Shown here piece after piece: positions 39,501 to 52,000 of a stretch of DNA of 64,000 bases (positions within the stretch are counted from its first letter, which is position 1; every line of letters begins with the position of its first letter). The notes under the pieces are model-generated. The model searched no databases and was not told the origin of the DNA. It was given only the letters and a program-made list of their open reading frames with translations. Source of the DNA: Callorhinchus milii (lineage: Eukaryota); the NCBI RefSeq assembly GCF_018977255.1, contig NW_024704742.1, positions 13,270,001 to 13,334,000 of the forward strand, in the 5' to 3' direction. The translations under genes and the position numbers were made by a program.

Positions 39501-42500
39501 AGGCTGAACAAAATAACAATAATAACAACAATAACTTGCACTTATATGACGTCCTGCACATAGGGTAGAGTCTCAGAGCACTTTAAAAAGAGGTGAAAGA
39601 TGGCTGATGACTTAGCGAACCATGCAAAGTATGGTGTGTTGCTGAGCCAAAATACATCAAAAAAGGTCCTAGCACAATTCCTCACCTCTGCTGTTAGCTG
39701 ATCTCAGTCTGTGTGGCCTGACCTGCCTTACTGTCATGAAGGTGGACGAGCTTTCAGCCATTCCGCCTCCGCTCTCTGGACTTCATCGCGCATTTTCTCT
39801 TTGACCGAGCCTTCAGCTCCCCTCTCGACTCTCTTCCCCCTCCTCGCTCCCTCCCTTCCCTCCCCTCACCCTGACCATTTCCCCCCTCCTCGCTCTCTCC
39901 CCTCCCCTGACCATTTCCCCCCTGCTCGGGTCATGACCCAACTGTGCAGCGCCTTGGGACGTCCTCCTGACGTGAAAGGCGCTTTATAAATGGAATCTTG
40001 TTGTTGTTGTTGTTGCTGCCGCCTCCCTCTCCACTTTTAATGCCCACATTAAGACCGTATTTTATTGACTGTTTTGATTATCATCCACCTCCGCCCCTTC
40101 TTCAGCTCCCACTACTTCCAGCTCGGGCTCCGTGTGGGTACGGTTCTGTGAAGCGCTTTGAGATGTCCTCCTGACGTGAAAGGTGCTATGTTAATGTAAA
40201 ATTGATGTAGTTGCTGATGGAGATGCTACAATTGGCTTAAATCTCCCTGGGCTGCAGAGAGGAAACATGAGCTGCTCCTGATTGCGATTCATTAAATCTA
40301 GTTAGATACTACACGTGAGCCTATCAAACAAGGACAGGATAAGGCCTGGCTGTACTGTCTCCACAGCCACATAACCTAGTGCAGGAAAAGACACAGGATG
40401 GCATGTGTCACAAGAAAGAAACACAGCCAATTTATCAAGGCACAAGCTCATTGTATGCATGAGGGAAATGGGAATAGAGGACTATGGGGGGAGGCAGGGA
40501 GTGGGCATTTGGAAGGGTGGAGTCTCAGGTGTATAAAATCCAGTATGGACTCGGGCCGAACGGCTTGTTTTGGTGCTGTGCAGGTTATGTAATTCTATGC
40601 TGGGGTATGGACTGCTAATTTAACCAGAGCTATGAGCTTCAGTCCTGACATGGGAAGTACAACCCAGAATCTTCTGACTGATCTAAAGGCAGGAGTGCTA
40701 CATACTAAACCAAACTGACACCACTTAGTAAAACAGACTTATTACCCTCTTCTTTAAGATGTTTGTTCACTTTCGTACACTTTAAAGTAAATTCTGTAAA
40801 GAGCTTTGATAAGGTTCTATATCTAAAATGCCAGGATTATCATTATATCAAACGTTATAAGGTCAGACATATGATCACATTTGAGACGCAAGGTCACCAC
40901 AACTCGCTCAGGATTTCACTTGTCCGGATATAACATTTAATAATAATAATAATCCTTGCATTTGATATAGCGCCTTATCATGCCTTTGAGACGTCTCAAA
41001 GCACTTCACAGAATATACTGTAAAGTGAATTGACAGTGCTTCACACTACCCTACCAAAGCATGCTTTTTTTCCGCATTTATTAGAACCCTCCGTGTGTTA
41101 TGATCTGGTTTTGTTTTTACAGGAGATGGAAGAATTTGTTCAGAGTTCTGGAGAGCATGGTATTGTGGTGTTCACTCTGGGCTCAATGATTAAGAACCTA
41201 ACAGCTGAGAGAGCTGATGTCATTGCTGCTGCTCTGGGGCAGATTCCCCAAAAGGTTTGTCTTGTTTTACATGGAATTAACTCGGTCAGGAATCCGGTTG
41301 TTAGCCAATTGGATGCTTTTCATGGGTAATAATCCCTTCCAAAAAAAATGATAATTAATTTGTTCGCCTTAGTCCATGACTGTTTGTGAAACCGCCCAGT
41401 GGAGGAGGAATAGCGACACCTCCTCTCTCCCATTGACAATCCCATTGGATGGGAAGGGGACCAATTAGCAGTGATTCAAGGTGATTGACAGCCTGCAGCC
41501 GCAGTGAAGGGATGGGCACTCCACAGTCATTCACAAGCAGCTCAGCGGTCAATCAATCACGATTTGACTCTTTCTTCGCCCCACGCCCCACTGATTTGAC
41601 AGCCAGACAGGATCTGCTTGTGAATGGCTGGAGTCTGGTGTCAATTAATCACAGTTTGACTCCTCCCATCTCCACCCCGGAGCCGCTTGTGGCTGGATGG
41701 AGCCACTCGAGACACAGAAGCCGCGAGAGTGAGTTGACGTAGCGGTGACCAGTGCCGCATTTTGTCTGGATTAACCGAAATTTTGTCCGAATCAACTAGC
41801 ATGTTTAAAACAGGTAAAAATACAAATGAATCGGAGCCGAGCGTTTCGTCAGATATACCCAGAGTCCGAGGTTAACTGGTGTCCAGCTAAAGCGGATTCC
41901 ACTGCATTATTATTGTATCAGACCCCATGGTATTCAGTATGGTTGTTTGTTGTGTCCCTTAATATGTCGATACAATAATACTTCCATTGGTGTGACAGCC
42001 CTATCCTCTGTGTTTAACTGTGCCGTCTCACAGGTTCTTTGGCGCTATGCTGGTGAAAAACCGAAAACCTTGGCTCCTAACACGAAGTTGTATGATTGGC
42101 TGCCTCAAAACGACTTGCTTGGTAAGATCCGGTCTTCAGAAAATATTCCAGTACTTCCACCAGAATGCATATGTAGCATTTCAAATCGCTAAAGAATACA
42201 TTTATTATTTCTTAATAATAATATAAAATGTCAACTTGGCTCAGACATTAGCAGTCTTGCTTCTGGGTTAGAAGAATGTGGGTTCAAGTCCTGTGTCGGG
42301 AGGGTTTTGAGCTAATGGTCCAGCCTGACACTTAGTGCAACAACAACAACAACAAGTTACATTCGTAGAGTGCCTGCCTTTCACGTCAGTAGGACGTCCC
42401 AAGGTGTTGGACACTCAGGGAACCGCACCCAAGCTGTTGGTTGGGAGCAGGAGGGGTGGAGGGCGGGGAGGGTAGGGATAGCTGCGACCGAAGATACAGT

Positions 42501-45500
42501 CGAAGAGGAGAGTCTTAAGACGGGACTTGAAGGAGGCAAAGGAGGGGATGAAATGAGGGATTGTGGGATGGAGTTCCAGAGGGTGGGGGCAGAGAGGCTG
42601 AAGGCCCGCCTGCCAGTGGTGGGTGGACAATGTGGGAGACATGAAGCAGATCGTAGGCAGCTGAGTGGAGAGAGCAGACAGGTTGGCAGAGGGTTAGGAG
42701 GTCACAGAGGTAGGGAGGAGCAAAGCCGTGGAGAGATGGGGAGTTAGTGGAGCGGGGCGAGGATGGGCTTTGGGAGAGTACATTGTCAGAGGTCGGAGGT
42801 GTCGTGTTTCAGATGAGACGTTAAAACAAGGTCTGTCCTTAATATGGATGTTAAAGATCCAATTTGGTCTTCACAATTTAAAGCAGAGAAGAGGGTTTCT
42901 CCAACCATCCCCCCCAAATAAAATTGGTCATTCGCTTCCTGGTTCCTTGTGGGACAGTGATGTGTGCAAATTAGCTGCTGTGTTTGTTTATAAATAGACA
43001 GTCACTACACTTTACAGTAAATCTGTGAACCTCTTTGAGGCGTTTCGATGATATGGTAAAGGTTAAAGAGCTATATCGAAGCCAAGGATTATGATTATTA
43101 TTAATTGTTATCAATGTAACCGAGAAGGACAAGACTGCACTCAGTTGTGTTTGTGTGTGTGTGTGTCCTTCAGCGTCATACAGTGTGCAAAAACTCACTG
43201 TATAATGTCAAAAATGTCAAGAACTTTGGCAGGTTACCAGAGGGGTGGCAGTGCAAAGTAATTATTTCCCCTCTCCCCGTAGGACGTAAGGCTTCTGGAG
43301 CAGAGAAAAGCGGATTTAAAAATAGATTAAACACTGAAAAGTGATTGAGTTGCCGAAGCTCCAAGCTACCACATGTCAGAAGATTACAAAGGAGCATAGG
43401 CAATAAATTGAATAATGGATTTGCTTAAAACCATACAGGAATAAAATATGATTGTAAAAGCAAAAAGAAGTGTTTAATTATTCAATTTGATAAATTTAGT
43501 TTAAAAACGGCTTTACACATGCCCAGATTATTTAATAACTCATGTGAATATATTGCAGGAGTTTATGACTAATGTGCAGTGCAAACAGTCTGAACCATTT
43601 GATTGTGTATTGCATAGACATTCTGTTGATCACTGTTTTTTCTTTTGTTTCTTTAATTATATCCTTAAGGTCTTAAAAAGGAACAGATCAACTTTCTCAG
43701 TAAATGTGTGCAACTTGTGTTACATGACATCAGCTTTCACCACAACCCCCAGCTGGAGCGAAAGTCTGGCTTTCAGTACAAGTACAATATGTTCTCTTCT
43801 GTTGGGGGTGTGGTGCAAGCTATGCTACATAATGATACACTGCACGCTGTAGATGTCAGTAAATATGTCAGTTAAGGAATGTTTTGGTTCCATGTAATTA
43901 CAGGACATCCGAAAACAAGAGCATTCATCACCCACGGTGGCACAAATGGCATCTACGAAGCCATTTATCACGCGGTGCCCCTGATTGGCATTCCCATATT
44001 TGCTGATCAGCCTGACAACATGTCTCACATGAAGGAAAAGGGAATGGCCGTGGTCCTGAATTTTAACACAATGACAACGCTGGATTTGGTTGATGCTCTC
44101 AACACTGTGATCAACGACCCAAGGTAGGAGAACAATAATAGGAAGAAACCTGGACTCAGGACAAATAAACACAATTCCTACATCCTGGAATGCACTGCCT
44201 GAAAGAGAGTGGTGGTTGTCAACCTTGTCCCCTACCCTCCGAAGGGCTTACACGTTCGATGTTGAACAACATATGTATTTCGAAACGTAGACTATTAGAA
44301 TCAAGGTTTTATTACAAAGTATAAATGATCAGCTACACACGTGTAAAGGCTGCAGTTGGATTCTCTGACTGTTCTGCTTCCTTCAGATTTCCCTCTTGAC
44401 TGTTCTGTTCCTACAGTCTAAGACCGTTCGGCTACCCTCAGCTCCTAACCATTACTGGCAAAACCTCTTTCTTATATCCTAAACTTGTTTTCTACAGAAC
44501 CCTGAGAACATCGTGATCTGATTCGTACGAGGCACCAAGTTACCAATGTCGGCTTTTTGCCAGGGACCTCTTTATCATTCTCCTTATCTTCCATAACTAA
44601 GTCTCTACTGACTCTTTCACACAGTCCTCTGGGTGCTTTGCATGAATATTATGGTCAACAAGCATGGCTTGTCCTCGGTGCCTACTGTGGTTAAGCTTTG
44701 CAGTGCCGGTACATCTGACAGTGGTGGAAACAGATTCAATAACAACTTTCAAAAGGGAATTGGATAGGTGCTTAAAGAGGAAAAATTTGCAAGGATATGG
44801 GGAAAGAGCGGGGGAGTGGGATTGATTGGGTAGGTCTTCCAAAGCGCTGGCACGGGCACGATAGGTCGAATGGCCTCCTTCTGTGCTGTAATATTCTATG
44901 ATTCTACACATGATAGCGATAAGAAATGTTTCAAGCTTTCTTGTTGTACAGGTGCAATGGTAGCACCAAGGCTTAGAGAGCCCAAAGTCTGGGTTGGGGT
45001 ATTGCTGGAGTTTAGCCAGCTAACAAGGTATAAATTGCCATTAAAAGCACTGTCAAGTAGGTTTCCAGCCACTTATCCAGCTAGGACCACCCCCCCACCC
45101 CAGTCCAGGCTCTATTATTAAGCATTTGCTTCCAGTATACAGAGTGGGGGATGGATACTTATGTATACTGTAAGCAAGAAGAATTAAAGACGTCCTCAGT
45201 TTGAGAGATGGCTAGTTCCTGAGGAGGCCGGGAAGGGGAGAGAGAGGAAGTGAAATGGGTTCAAAAGTGGAGCAAATACATTTGATCTGATTTTTCCTCC
45301 CCCTAGGTACAAAGAAAATGCAATAAGGTTATCTTCAATTCAACATGATCAGCCAATGACGCCTTTGGACACAGCTGTTTTCTGGATCGAGTTTGTAATG
45401 CGTCACAAGGGAGCTAAACACCTGCGCCCGGCTTCACATTCTCTCACGTGGTACCAGTACCATAGCTTGGATGTGATAGCTTTCCTGTGCTTTTGTTTAG

Positions 45501-45589
45501 CAGTTGCTTTGTACATCCCCATAAAGTGCTGTATGTATTGTTTCAGAAGGTGCAGAAGCAAGCTGAAAAGAAAAGGCAAAAAGGACTAA
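33357..45589 (+). CDS. UGT2A: UGT2-family UDP-glucuronosyltransferase, multi-exon span join(33357..33505,41123..41254,42034..42121,43904..44123,45307..45589); exon 1 not found in window
   Basis: Five exons of 149/132/88/220/283 nt with AG/GT boundaries and compatible phases, matching the vertebrate UGT2 exon 2-6 layout. The spliced product has the UGT signature [44 protein letters not shown], a C-terminal TM segment and a basic KxKxx ER-retrieval tail. The symbol is family-level; the exact paralogue is not resolvable. Confidence 0.93.
35801..36125 (-). mobile_element. tRNA-derived SINE, full length, inserted in CR1
   Basis: Same head, core and (TTA)n tail. Confidence 0.85.
38186..38303. repeat. 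33-bp tandem repeat (~3.6 units) inside CR1 ORF1
   Basis: GGGGTGACCACCTCCTGAACTCTCTGTGGCTGT units; translation repeats [11 protein letters not shown]. Confidence 0.9.
39700..40205 (+). mobile_element. Two L2 3'-end fragments
   Basis: GACGTGAAAGG(C/T)GCT 3' motif twice; (TTG)n tail at ~39998-40014. Confidence 0.65.
41123..41254 (+). CDS. UGT2A: UGT2 exon 3 (132 nt)
   Basis: ttttacAG|GAGATGGAA...CAAAAG|GTttgt; [44 protein letters not shown]. Confidence 0.95.
42034..42121 (+). CDS. UGT2A: UGT2 exon 4 (88 nt)
   Basis: tcacAG|GTTCTTTGG...TTGCTTG|GTaag; [29 protein letters not shown](G). Confidence 0.95.
42338..42730 (-). mobile_element. L2 3' fragment nested in a Deu-type SINE (~42228-43100)
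   Basis: (CAA)n tail and CCTTTCACGTCAG 3' motif. The flanks carry a SINE head (GGCTCAG..GGTTCAAG) and a GATGAGACGTTAAA core. Confidence 0.65.
43904..44123 (+). CDS. UGT2A: UGT2 exon 5 (220 nt)
   Basis: ttacAG|GACATCCG...CCCAAG|GTagg; [39 protein letters not shown]...VINDP(R). Confidence 0.95.
44217..44720 (-). mobile_element. Solo LTR (504 bp) inserted in a CR1 3' fragment in UGT2 intron 5
   Basis: TGTCA...TGACA termini flanked by a 5-bp target duplication GTGGT (44212-44216 and 44721-44725). Minus-strand TATA-like element near 44473 and AATAAA near 44310. Confidence 0.8.
45307..45589 (+). CDS. UGT2A: UGT2 exon 6 (terminal coding exon)
   Basis: cccct[52 protein letters not shown]...[10 protein letters not shown]...KRKGKKD-stop. 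Confidence 0.95.
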
Positions 45590-46994
45590 TTAAATCCGTC
45601 CATTTGTTAAAGACAAATAATCTTTAATTTTTACATTCTCTAATCTTTTCAGGGCTTTCAGTGGAAATTCTACTCTTAATTGCTGCACAAAGTTCACTAT
45701 GTTTAATGCAAAAAGTAGTTATTATTGTGGAAAAATTCCACCCGGGTATAGGTTTTGTCTAACTTCTTAGTGTTTCAGATCATCCAGATTTTAACAAATT
45801 TTTAAAAGCAGTCCTAATTTTAAAAGTGTTTTTACGCAATTTCTTTTAATACTGCAATCAGCTCTTCAATATTATTAAAAATTATCTTCTAAGAAGTTTA
45901 TTGAATGGACCATACAAACGTTTTTAAGGGGCAACAACAACTTGCATTTATATAGCGCCCCTCACGCAGGGTAGTGTCCCAGAGTGCCAGTGGAGGCCAA
46001 ATTGATTTCCACCAGTTGTGTTCTTAGCACAGAGGGGCAAGTTGATGGGCTACTCAAAATCTCTCTTAAGGTGATATCTCAGTCAGGCTCTGGTAAATTT
46101 GCCTACAGTTGGGGCTGCTGTGCGACCATAATTTATACCCTTTCACTCACAAAAATCTCATTATAAATTGGGAACAAAGTAAGTTTGCAGGTCTTGTGTT
46201 TTCCTATTGGAAAACACGGTTCTAAAACTTTGAAAGTTGTAAAGAAAAAGGCTTGTGAAAGGGCGACATAGACGGGCTACATTTATGTAACACAACATCA
46301 AAAGCTGCTTTATAATATTATTGCTTAAATCTCCTTGAAATATTGAATTAAAACCCCAAATTAAATGTCTCTACTCTGAATTTAATTAAGAGGAAACACA
46401 ATGGAGCCCATGCCTGCATTGTTGGAAAGTTTAGGTATGTCTAATTATCATTGTAAATACCACAAACCCACCACACCAACACTACACACATGGAACATTG
46501 TAACACTCCCTCCCATGGGTTTTCTACTTGAAATGGTTAAAATTGCATGGATAGTACTGACTACAGTCATGTTAACAATATAAGCCATCACTAAGAATAC
46601 TGCAGTGTTGGGAGAGGTGTGGAAGTCCGTGATAATGTATGTGAACAGTTATCAGCGGTTTCATGTTCAGAATATAACATTGATTGTTATGTCTGTCTGG
46701 TATCCTCCAAACCTTCTCAAATGAGATTAAAAACTATAAAAGAAAGATAACAAAACCTGTATAGATTTATCGCCACAGAGTGGATGAGTCCTAACTTCTG
46801 AAATTTCTCACGGTCTCAGTCTTAAAACCACTGTTTTAAATATGAAAATTCTGCTTAAAAACATGGCTTTCTAAATTAAGACGAAATTTAAGAATTTTCT
46901 GAAATTAAAATTGCAAAATTCTCCACAATCTTCAATGTTAAGACCGTTTCTGCAGTGTTGGGAGAGGTCTGTGTGGAGAATTTTGCAATTTTAA

Positions 46995-47865
46995 CAACCA
47001 ACTCCATCTCTTTCCGCTGCTGGAAAAGAATCTCCCTGCACTCCCACTCTGCTGCCCTGGAGTCTGAACTCCTCTCCCTCTGGCCAACCTCCCACACTGA
47101 CTTATCCTCCTCGGTCACTCTCCTCTACAACTCCCTCTCCATCGTTTTCGATGTCCTTGCCCCCCTCACCTCCCGAACCACCTCCTACTCATGAACCTCA
47201 CCCTGGTACACGAGCCACTTCCGTACTCTCGAGGGTCAGGTGCGTGCCACTGTACACACCTGGCTCAAATCTGATTTAACGGTCCACCGGCAGATCTGGC
47301 TGGACCACATAAAAACGTACCGGTCTGCCCTCGCCTCCGCTAAATCGTCCTTCTATTGCAAGGTAACCCAAGGCTTCTCTTCTGCAATCAACCAGCTCCT
47401 CCGTCCACCCTCTCACACCTCGCCCATCCTTTCCTCCAACTCCAACTGCGAGGAGATGCCAGATTTCCTCGAGACCAAAATCAAAGGGGATCCATTCAGC
47501 TGCCTCCGCCCTCCCAACTTCCACCCCCTCCCCATCCCGCCCTCCACACCTTAGAACCTCTCTCATCACCACTATAACCCACATGAAGCCCACCACCTGC
47601 TCCCTTGACTCCAATCCTACTCCTTTCCTTACCTCCCTGCTCCACTTCCTTGCCCCTTTACTCTCAGAGCTTGTCAACCTCTCCCTGTCAACTGGCACCA
47701 TTCCCACCCACCCCAAAACAGTATCACCCCTATCCTAAAAACAACCTTCCATGGACTAATCCGTGCTCACAAACTACTGCCACACCTCCAACTTCTCTTT
47801 CCTTTCCAAAGTCCTTGAAAGAGTTGTTGCTTCCCAGCTTCACACCTTCCTCTTCTGCCACTCCT
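46995..47865 (+). mobile_element. Decayed L2 ORF2 fragment
   Basis: C-rich; NYCHTSNFSFLSKVLERVVASQL. Confidence 0.75.
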
Positions 47866-48289
47866 GCTGGAAAAAGAAAAAAATCTTAGTATTTGTCCTG
47901 AAATTGCTCTTTTCAGCTCTAAACCTATGTTTGCTTGTTCTACTGTATTGCATCCTAAACGATTGTTCTGGGTTTACTTTTTAATTTAAAGTGTTTGAAT
48001 CTCTAAAACAGTAGCCAAGGGAGATAAAAGAAACATCAAATGCCGACTTGTTGTTAGGTTATATGAAGAACCCATGCAAATTGTAATAGGATTAAATCTA
48101 TATAAATCTTACTTCGGAGCATCACGTAAAGAAAAGAACTTGATGACATCCACTCTGCAGTTATCTGCCAAAGGATCCTCCTTGGAATGGATAACGTTCT
48201 CTCACTGGAAGTATTTTGTAACACTATCTCTCTCCATTTTAAATCTGTTAAATTAACTTAATATCCCACCAAAACTACATATATTTTGT

Positions 48290-48610
48290 GTCAGCCTGGT
48301 TTAGTTGACAGCATTCTTAAGCCTGAGTCAGAAGGTATGGATTCAAGCCCCATGTTGGGACTTGGAACTTATATATTTGAAGCTGACACTCCAATGCAAT
48401 GTAGTGCAGTCTTCGGATGAGACATTAAACCAAGGCCCCATCTACCTGTTCAGGTGGATGTTAAAGTTCCCATGGCTCTATTTGAAGGGAGTTTCTCCTG
48501 GTGATCTGGCCAAGAATCCCCCAAAATAAAATGGATTATTTACTTCATGGCTGTTTGTGGGACATTGCTGTGTGCAAATTGACTGTTCCATTCACTCATA
48601 AAACACACAA
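48290..48610 (+). mobile_element. Old Deu-domain SINE (SacSINE/AmnSINE-like)
   Basis: GATGAGACATTAAACCAAGGCCCC..CAGGTGGATGTTAAAGTTCCCATGGC core. Confidence 0.6.
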
Positions 48611-49062
48611 TCACTACATCTTATTTATTATTAATAAATAATAATAATCATTGCATTTTGTGTAATACCTTTCATGATCAGAGGACATTCCAAGTGCACA
48701 CTTTTATATTAAACAGAGGAAACAACAACAAATCATGTGTTATTACCGAATATGTGTGGAGGATGTCAAAGCCCTTCACAGGATTTTACTGGATAGTGCA
48801 GTGACTGTGTATTTTGTAGGTGAATGCAACAGTGATAACAGCCCTCTTATCTGTTCATTCACCTACTCAGTGTTGAGTAGATGCAAACTGCAAATTTTGT
48901 GGGTCTTTTTCATATATCACAGTTCGAGAGACACCAGTGTCCAATAACAATAGTTTACAATGACCAAAATATTATTAAAATACATGGCCATTTTATTTCT
49001 AAATGTCCTATTTGAATACATAATTATTATTTATAATACATTTATAAAAAATAATAAATATT

Positions 49063-52000
49063 ATGGTCTTCCATGATTATTAATTTCTAATGGGCACATT
49101 ATCTCAGTGAAGACCTCTAATTGTCAATTCATCCCTTCATGAACTCTTATCTCCTCCTTGTATGTTATACATCAGAAGAACAGCAGGTGCCGCAGTTGCC
49201 TGGCTTTGAAAAGCTTTCATTTAAGCTTTCCAAACTCTGATTTCATTTGTCCTACCATGTCTTTTAGATTCAAACCAGCCCTCTTATCTGTTCATGTTTA
49301 CAATATTTTGTCATATGTCCCATTTTACCACAATTCTTACATTTTATTTTGAATCTACAATCAGGACTAATGTGTTCCTTTTTACTACAAGTTTCGCATT
49401 CTATTTTTTTTACACTCAGACCAGGAATGTCCCACAATGACAACAAGCTACTTGTGTCTTTGCACCTAACCCGAACCCTAATTGCAGTTTGCATCTAAAA
49501 CAGTTACTCAATTAGGTGGGTTTACAGGCAATTGTCAATACCGGTGGAATCAATTCCAATTCCACTTCAAATAGGACATTTAGAAATAAAATGGCCATGT
49601 ATTTTGGTGAACACACCAGACAATTTAAACATTATTGGTGCAGATCTGATGGACAAATATCATTTGATAATTGATTTTGCAAACAAACTATAATGGCAAG
49701 TTGAAAGTGCCAAACCTGGCACTTACATTTGGAATAAATTAACAGATCATGGAGCTGTTTATGCAATAAAGAAAACTGAGTGGTATGATTTAAAGTAAAT
49801 GTTAACACATGACAATGTTAACATTGCTAACGTACTAACCACTAATAACGTTGTTTTTGCAAATCACAAACACGATTGTGGAAAGTTAGCAGGACAGGTT
49901 AAAAATCGTTGGAGAAGACCCTCCACATCCGATGAAGGAATATTGCTTTCCTCAGGAAGCTGACAAGCCACTGTAAATTCATTACTGAAACAGTGAGTTT
50001 TAAGAAGGATTGTAATCTCTAATAATTCTCCCATTTGGGCAGTTAGAAAACCAGATGGTTATGGCGACTCACAATAGATTCTAGGAGATTAAATCAATAC
50101 ACAATAGTTTACAATGACGAAAATATTATTAAAATACATGGCTATTTTATTTCTAAATGTCCCATTTGAATACATAATTCACACAGTGGTGTCTGCACCA
50201 GATGTACTCGCCTCAGTCAAAAGTATTTTCTGTACTTGATATATCAAATGGGTTTGGGTTGTTCCGTTACACCCTGGTTGTCAGTGCAAATTTGTTTTAC
50301 TTTTCACAGCCAACAATACCCCAGGGATTTCATAACTCTCTGTCAATATTTCGTCAAAGAATGGCTCAAGTGATAACACAGTTTAGTCAAACTACTGCAA
50401 TCATTCAATATGTTAAGGATTTATTGTTACACACGCCTGACATGGAGACTCATGAACAATTCATAGAATCATAGAATTATACAGCACAGAAAATGGCCAT
50501 CCGGCCCATCGTGTCTGTGCCGGCTCTTTGAAAAGAGCTGTCCAATTCAATCCCACACCCCCCACTCTCTCCCCATAGCCCTGCAAACTTGTCCTCCCCA
50601 AATAATTATCTACTACTCTCTTAAAAGTTGTGATTGAATTGGCTTCCACCATCCTTTTAAGCAACGCTTTCCAGATCCAAACAACTCGTTGTGTGAAAAA
50701 AATTCTCCTCACCTCCCCTCATGATCTGGGTGTTCAAGTAAGCGAATCATTAAAGGTAGGGGGGCAGGTGGATAAGGCAGTAAAAAAGGCATTTGGTGTA
50801 CTGAGCTTCATTAGTAGGGGCATAGAGTATAAGAGTGGGGAGGTTATGGTTAATCTATACAAAACATTGGTTAGGCCTCAGCTGGAGTACTGCGCCCAGT
50901 TCTGGGCACCTTACTTCAGGAAGGACATTAAGCACTGAAAAGGGTGCAGAGGAGATTCACGAGAATGATACTAGGAATGGGGAACCTTAGCTATGAGGAC
51001 AGGCTGGAGAAGTTAGGACTTTTCCCATTAGAGCAGAGAAGGTTACGCGGGGACCTGATAGAGGTCTTCAAGATCATGAAAGGTTTCGACAGGCTCGATA
51101 AGGCAAAGCTGTTTCCACTGGTAGGTGTGTCTGTGACCCGTGGTCACAGTCTTAAGATATCTGCCAAAAGAAGCAGAGGGGAGGTTAGAAGAAATTTTTT
51201 CACTCAGCGAGTTGTTGGAATTTGGAATGATCTGCCTGAAAGGGTAGTGAAGTCCGATTCGATAACAGCTTTTAAGAGAGAACTGGATAGGTATCTGGGG
51301 AGGACGGGTTTGCAGGGTTATGGGGAGAAAGCTGGTGATTGGGGTTAGTGAAAGTGACTTGCTTTGTCAAAGAGCCGCACAGACTCGATGGGCCGAATGG
51401 CCTCTTTCTGTGCCGTAACATTCTATGAATCTATGAAAAATCTATGTTTCTTTTAACAACTATCTTAAATTGGTGTCCTCAGGTTACCAACCCACCCGCC
51501 AGTGGAAATCGTTTCTCCTTGTTCACATTGCCACCCTCATAATTTTGAAAACTTCTATTAAGTCTCCTCGTAACCTTCTCTGCTCCAAGGAGAATAATCC
51601 AAGCTTCTCTAGCCTCTCCTGATAACTAAAGTCCCTCATTCCTGGTAGCATCCTGGTAAATCTCCTTTGCATCCTCTCCAATGCCTTGACATCCTTCCTA
51701 AAGTGTGGGGCCCAGAACTGAACGCAGTACTCTAGCTGAGGCCTAACCAGTGTTTTATAAAGGTTCATCATAACTTCCTGACTTTTGTATTCTCTGCCCC
51801 TATTTATAAAGCCTAGTAACCCGTGTGATTGTTAACAGCTTTATCTACCTGTCCTGATACCTTCAAAGATTTACTTATATGAATCCCCAGGTCTCTCTTT
51901 TCATTCACCCCCTGTAAGATTATCCCATCAGCTTATATTGCCTCTCCTCATTCTTCCTCCGAAAATGCATCACTTTGCATTTCTCCACATTAAACTTCAT

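Noticed and set aside
41030..41329. ORF-track proteins around UGT exons taken as whole genes
   Set aside because: They are intron read-through around single exons; the true limits are set by splice sites.
33357..45589. Assignment to UGT1
   Set aside because: A separate 149-nt exon before the 132-nt exon and the [10 protein letters not shown] motif fit UGT2 structure.
49465..49481. CCTAACCCGAACCCTAA telomere-like run
   Set aside because: Under three imperfect units inside protease sequence; consistent with chance.
49270..50460. Assignment of the retroelement to foamy viruses
   Set aside because: RT motifs are similar, but two CCHC knuckles are not a foamy Gag feature; left open pending phylogeny.
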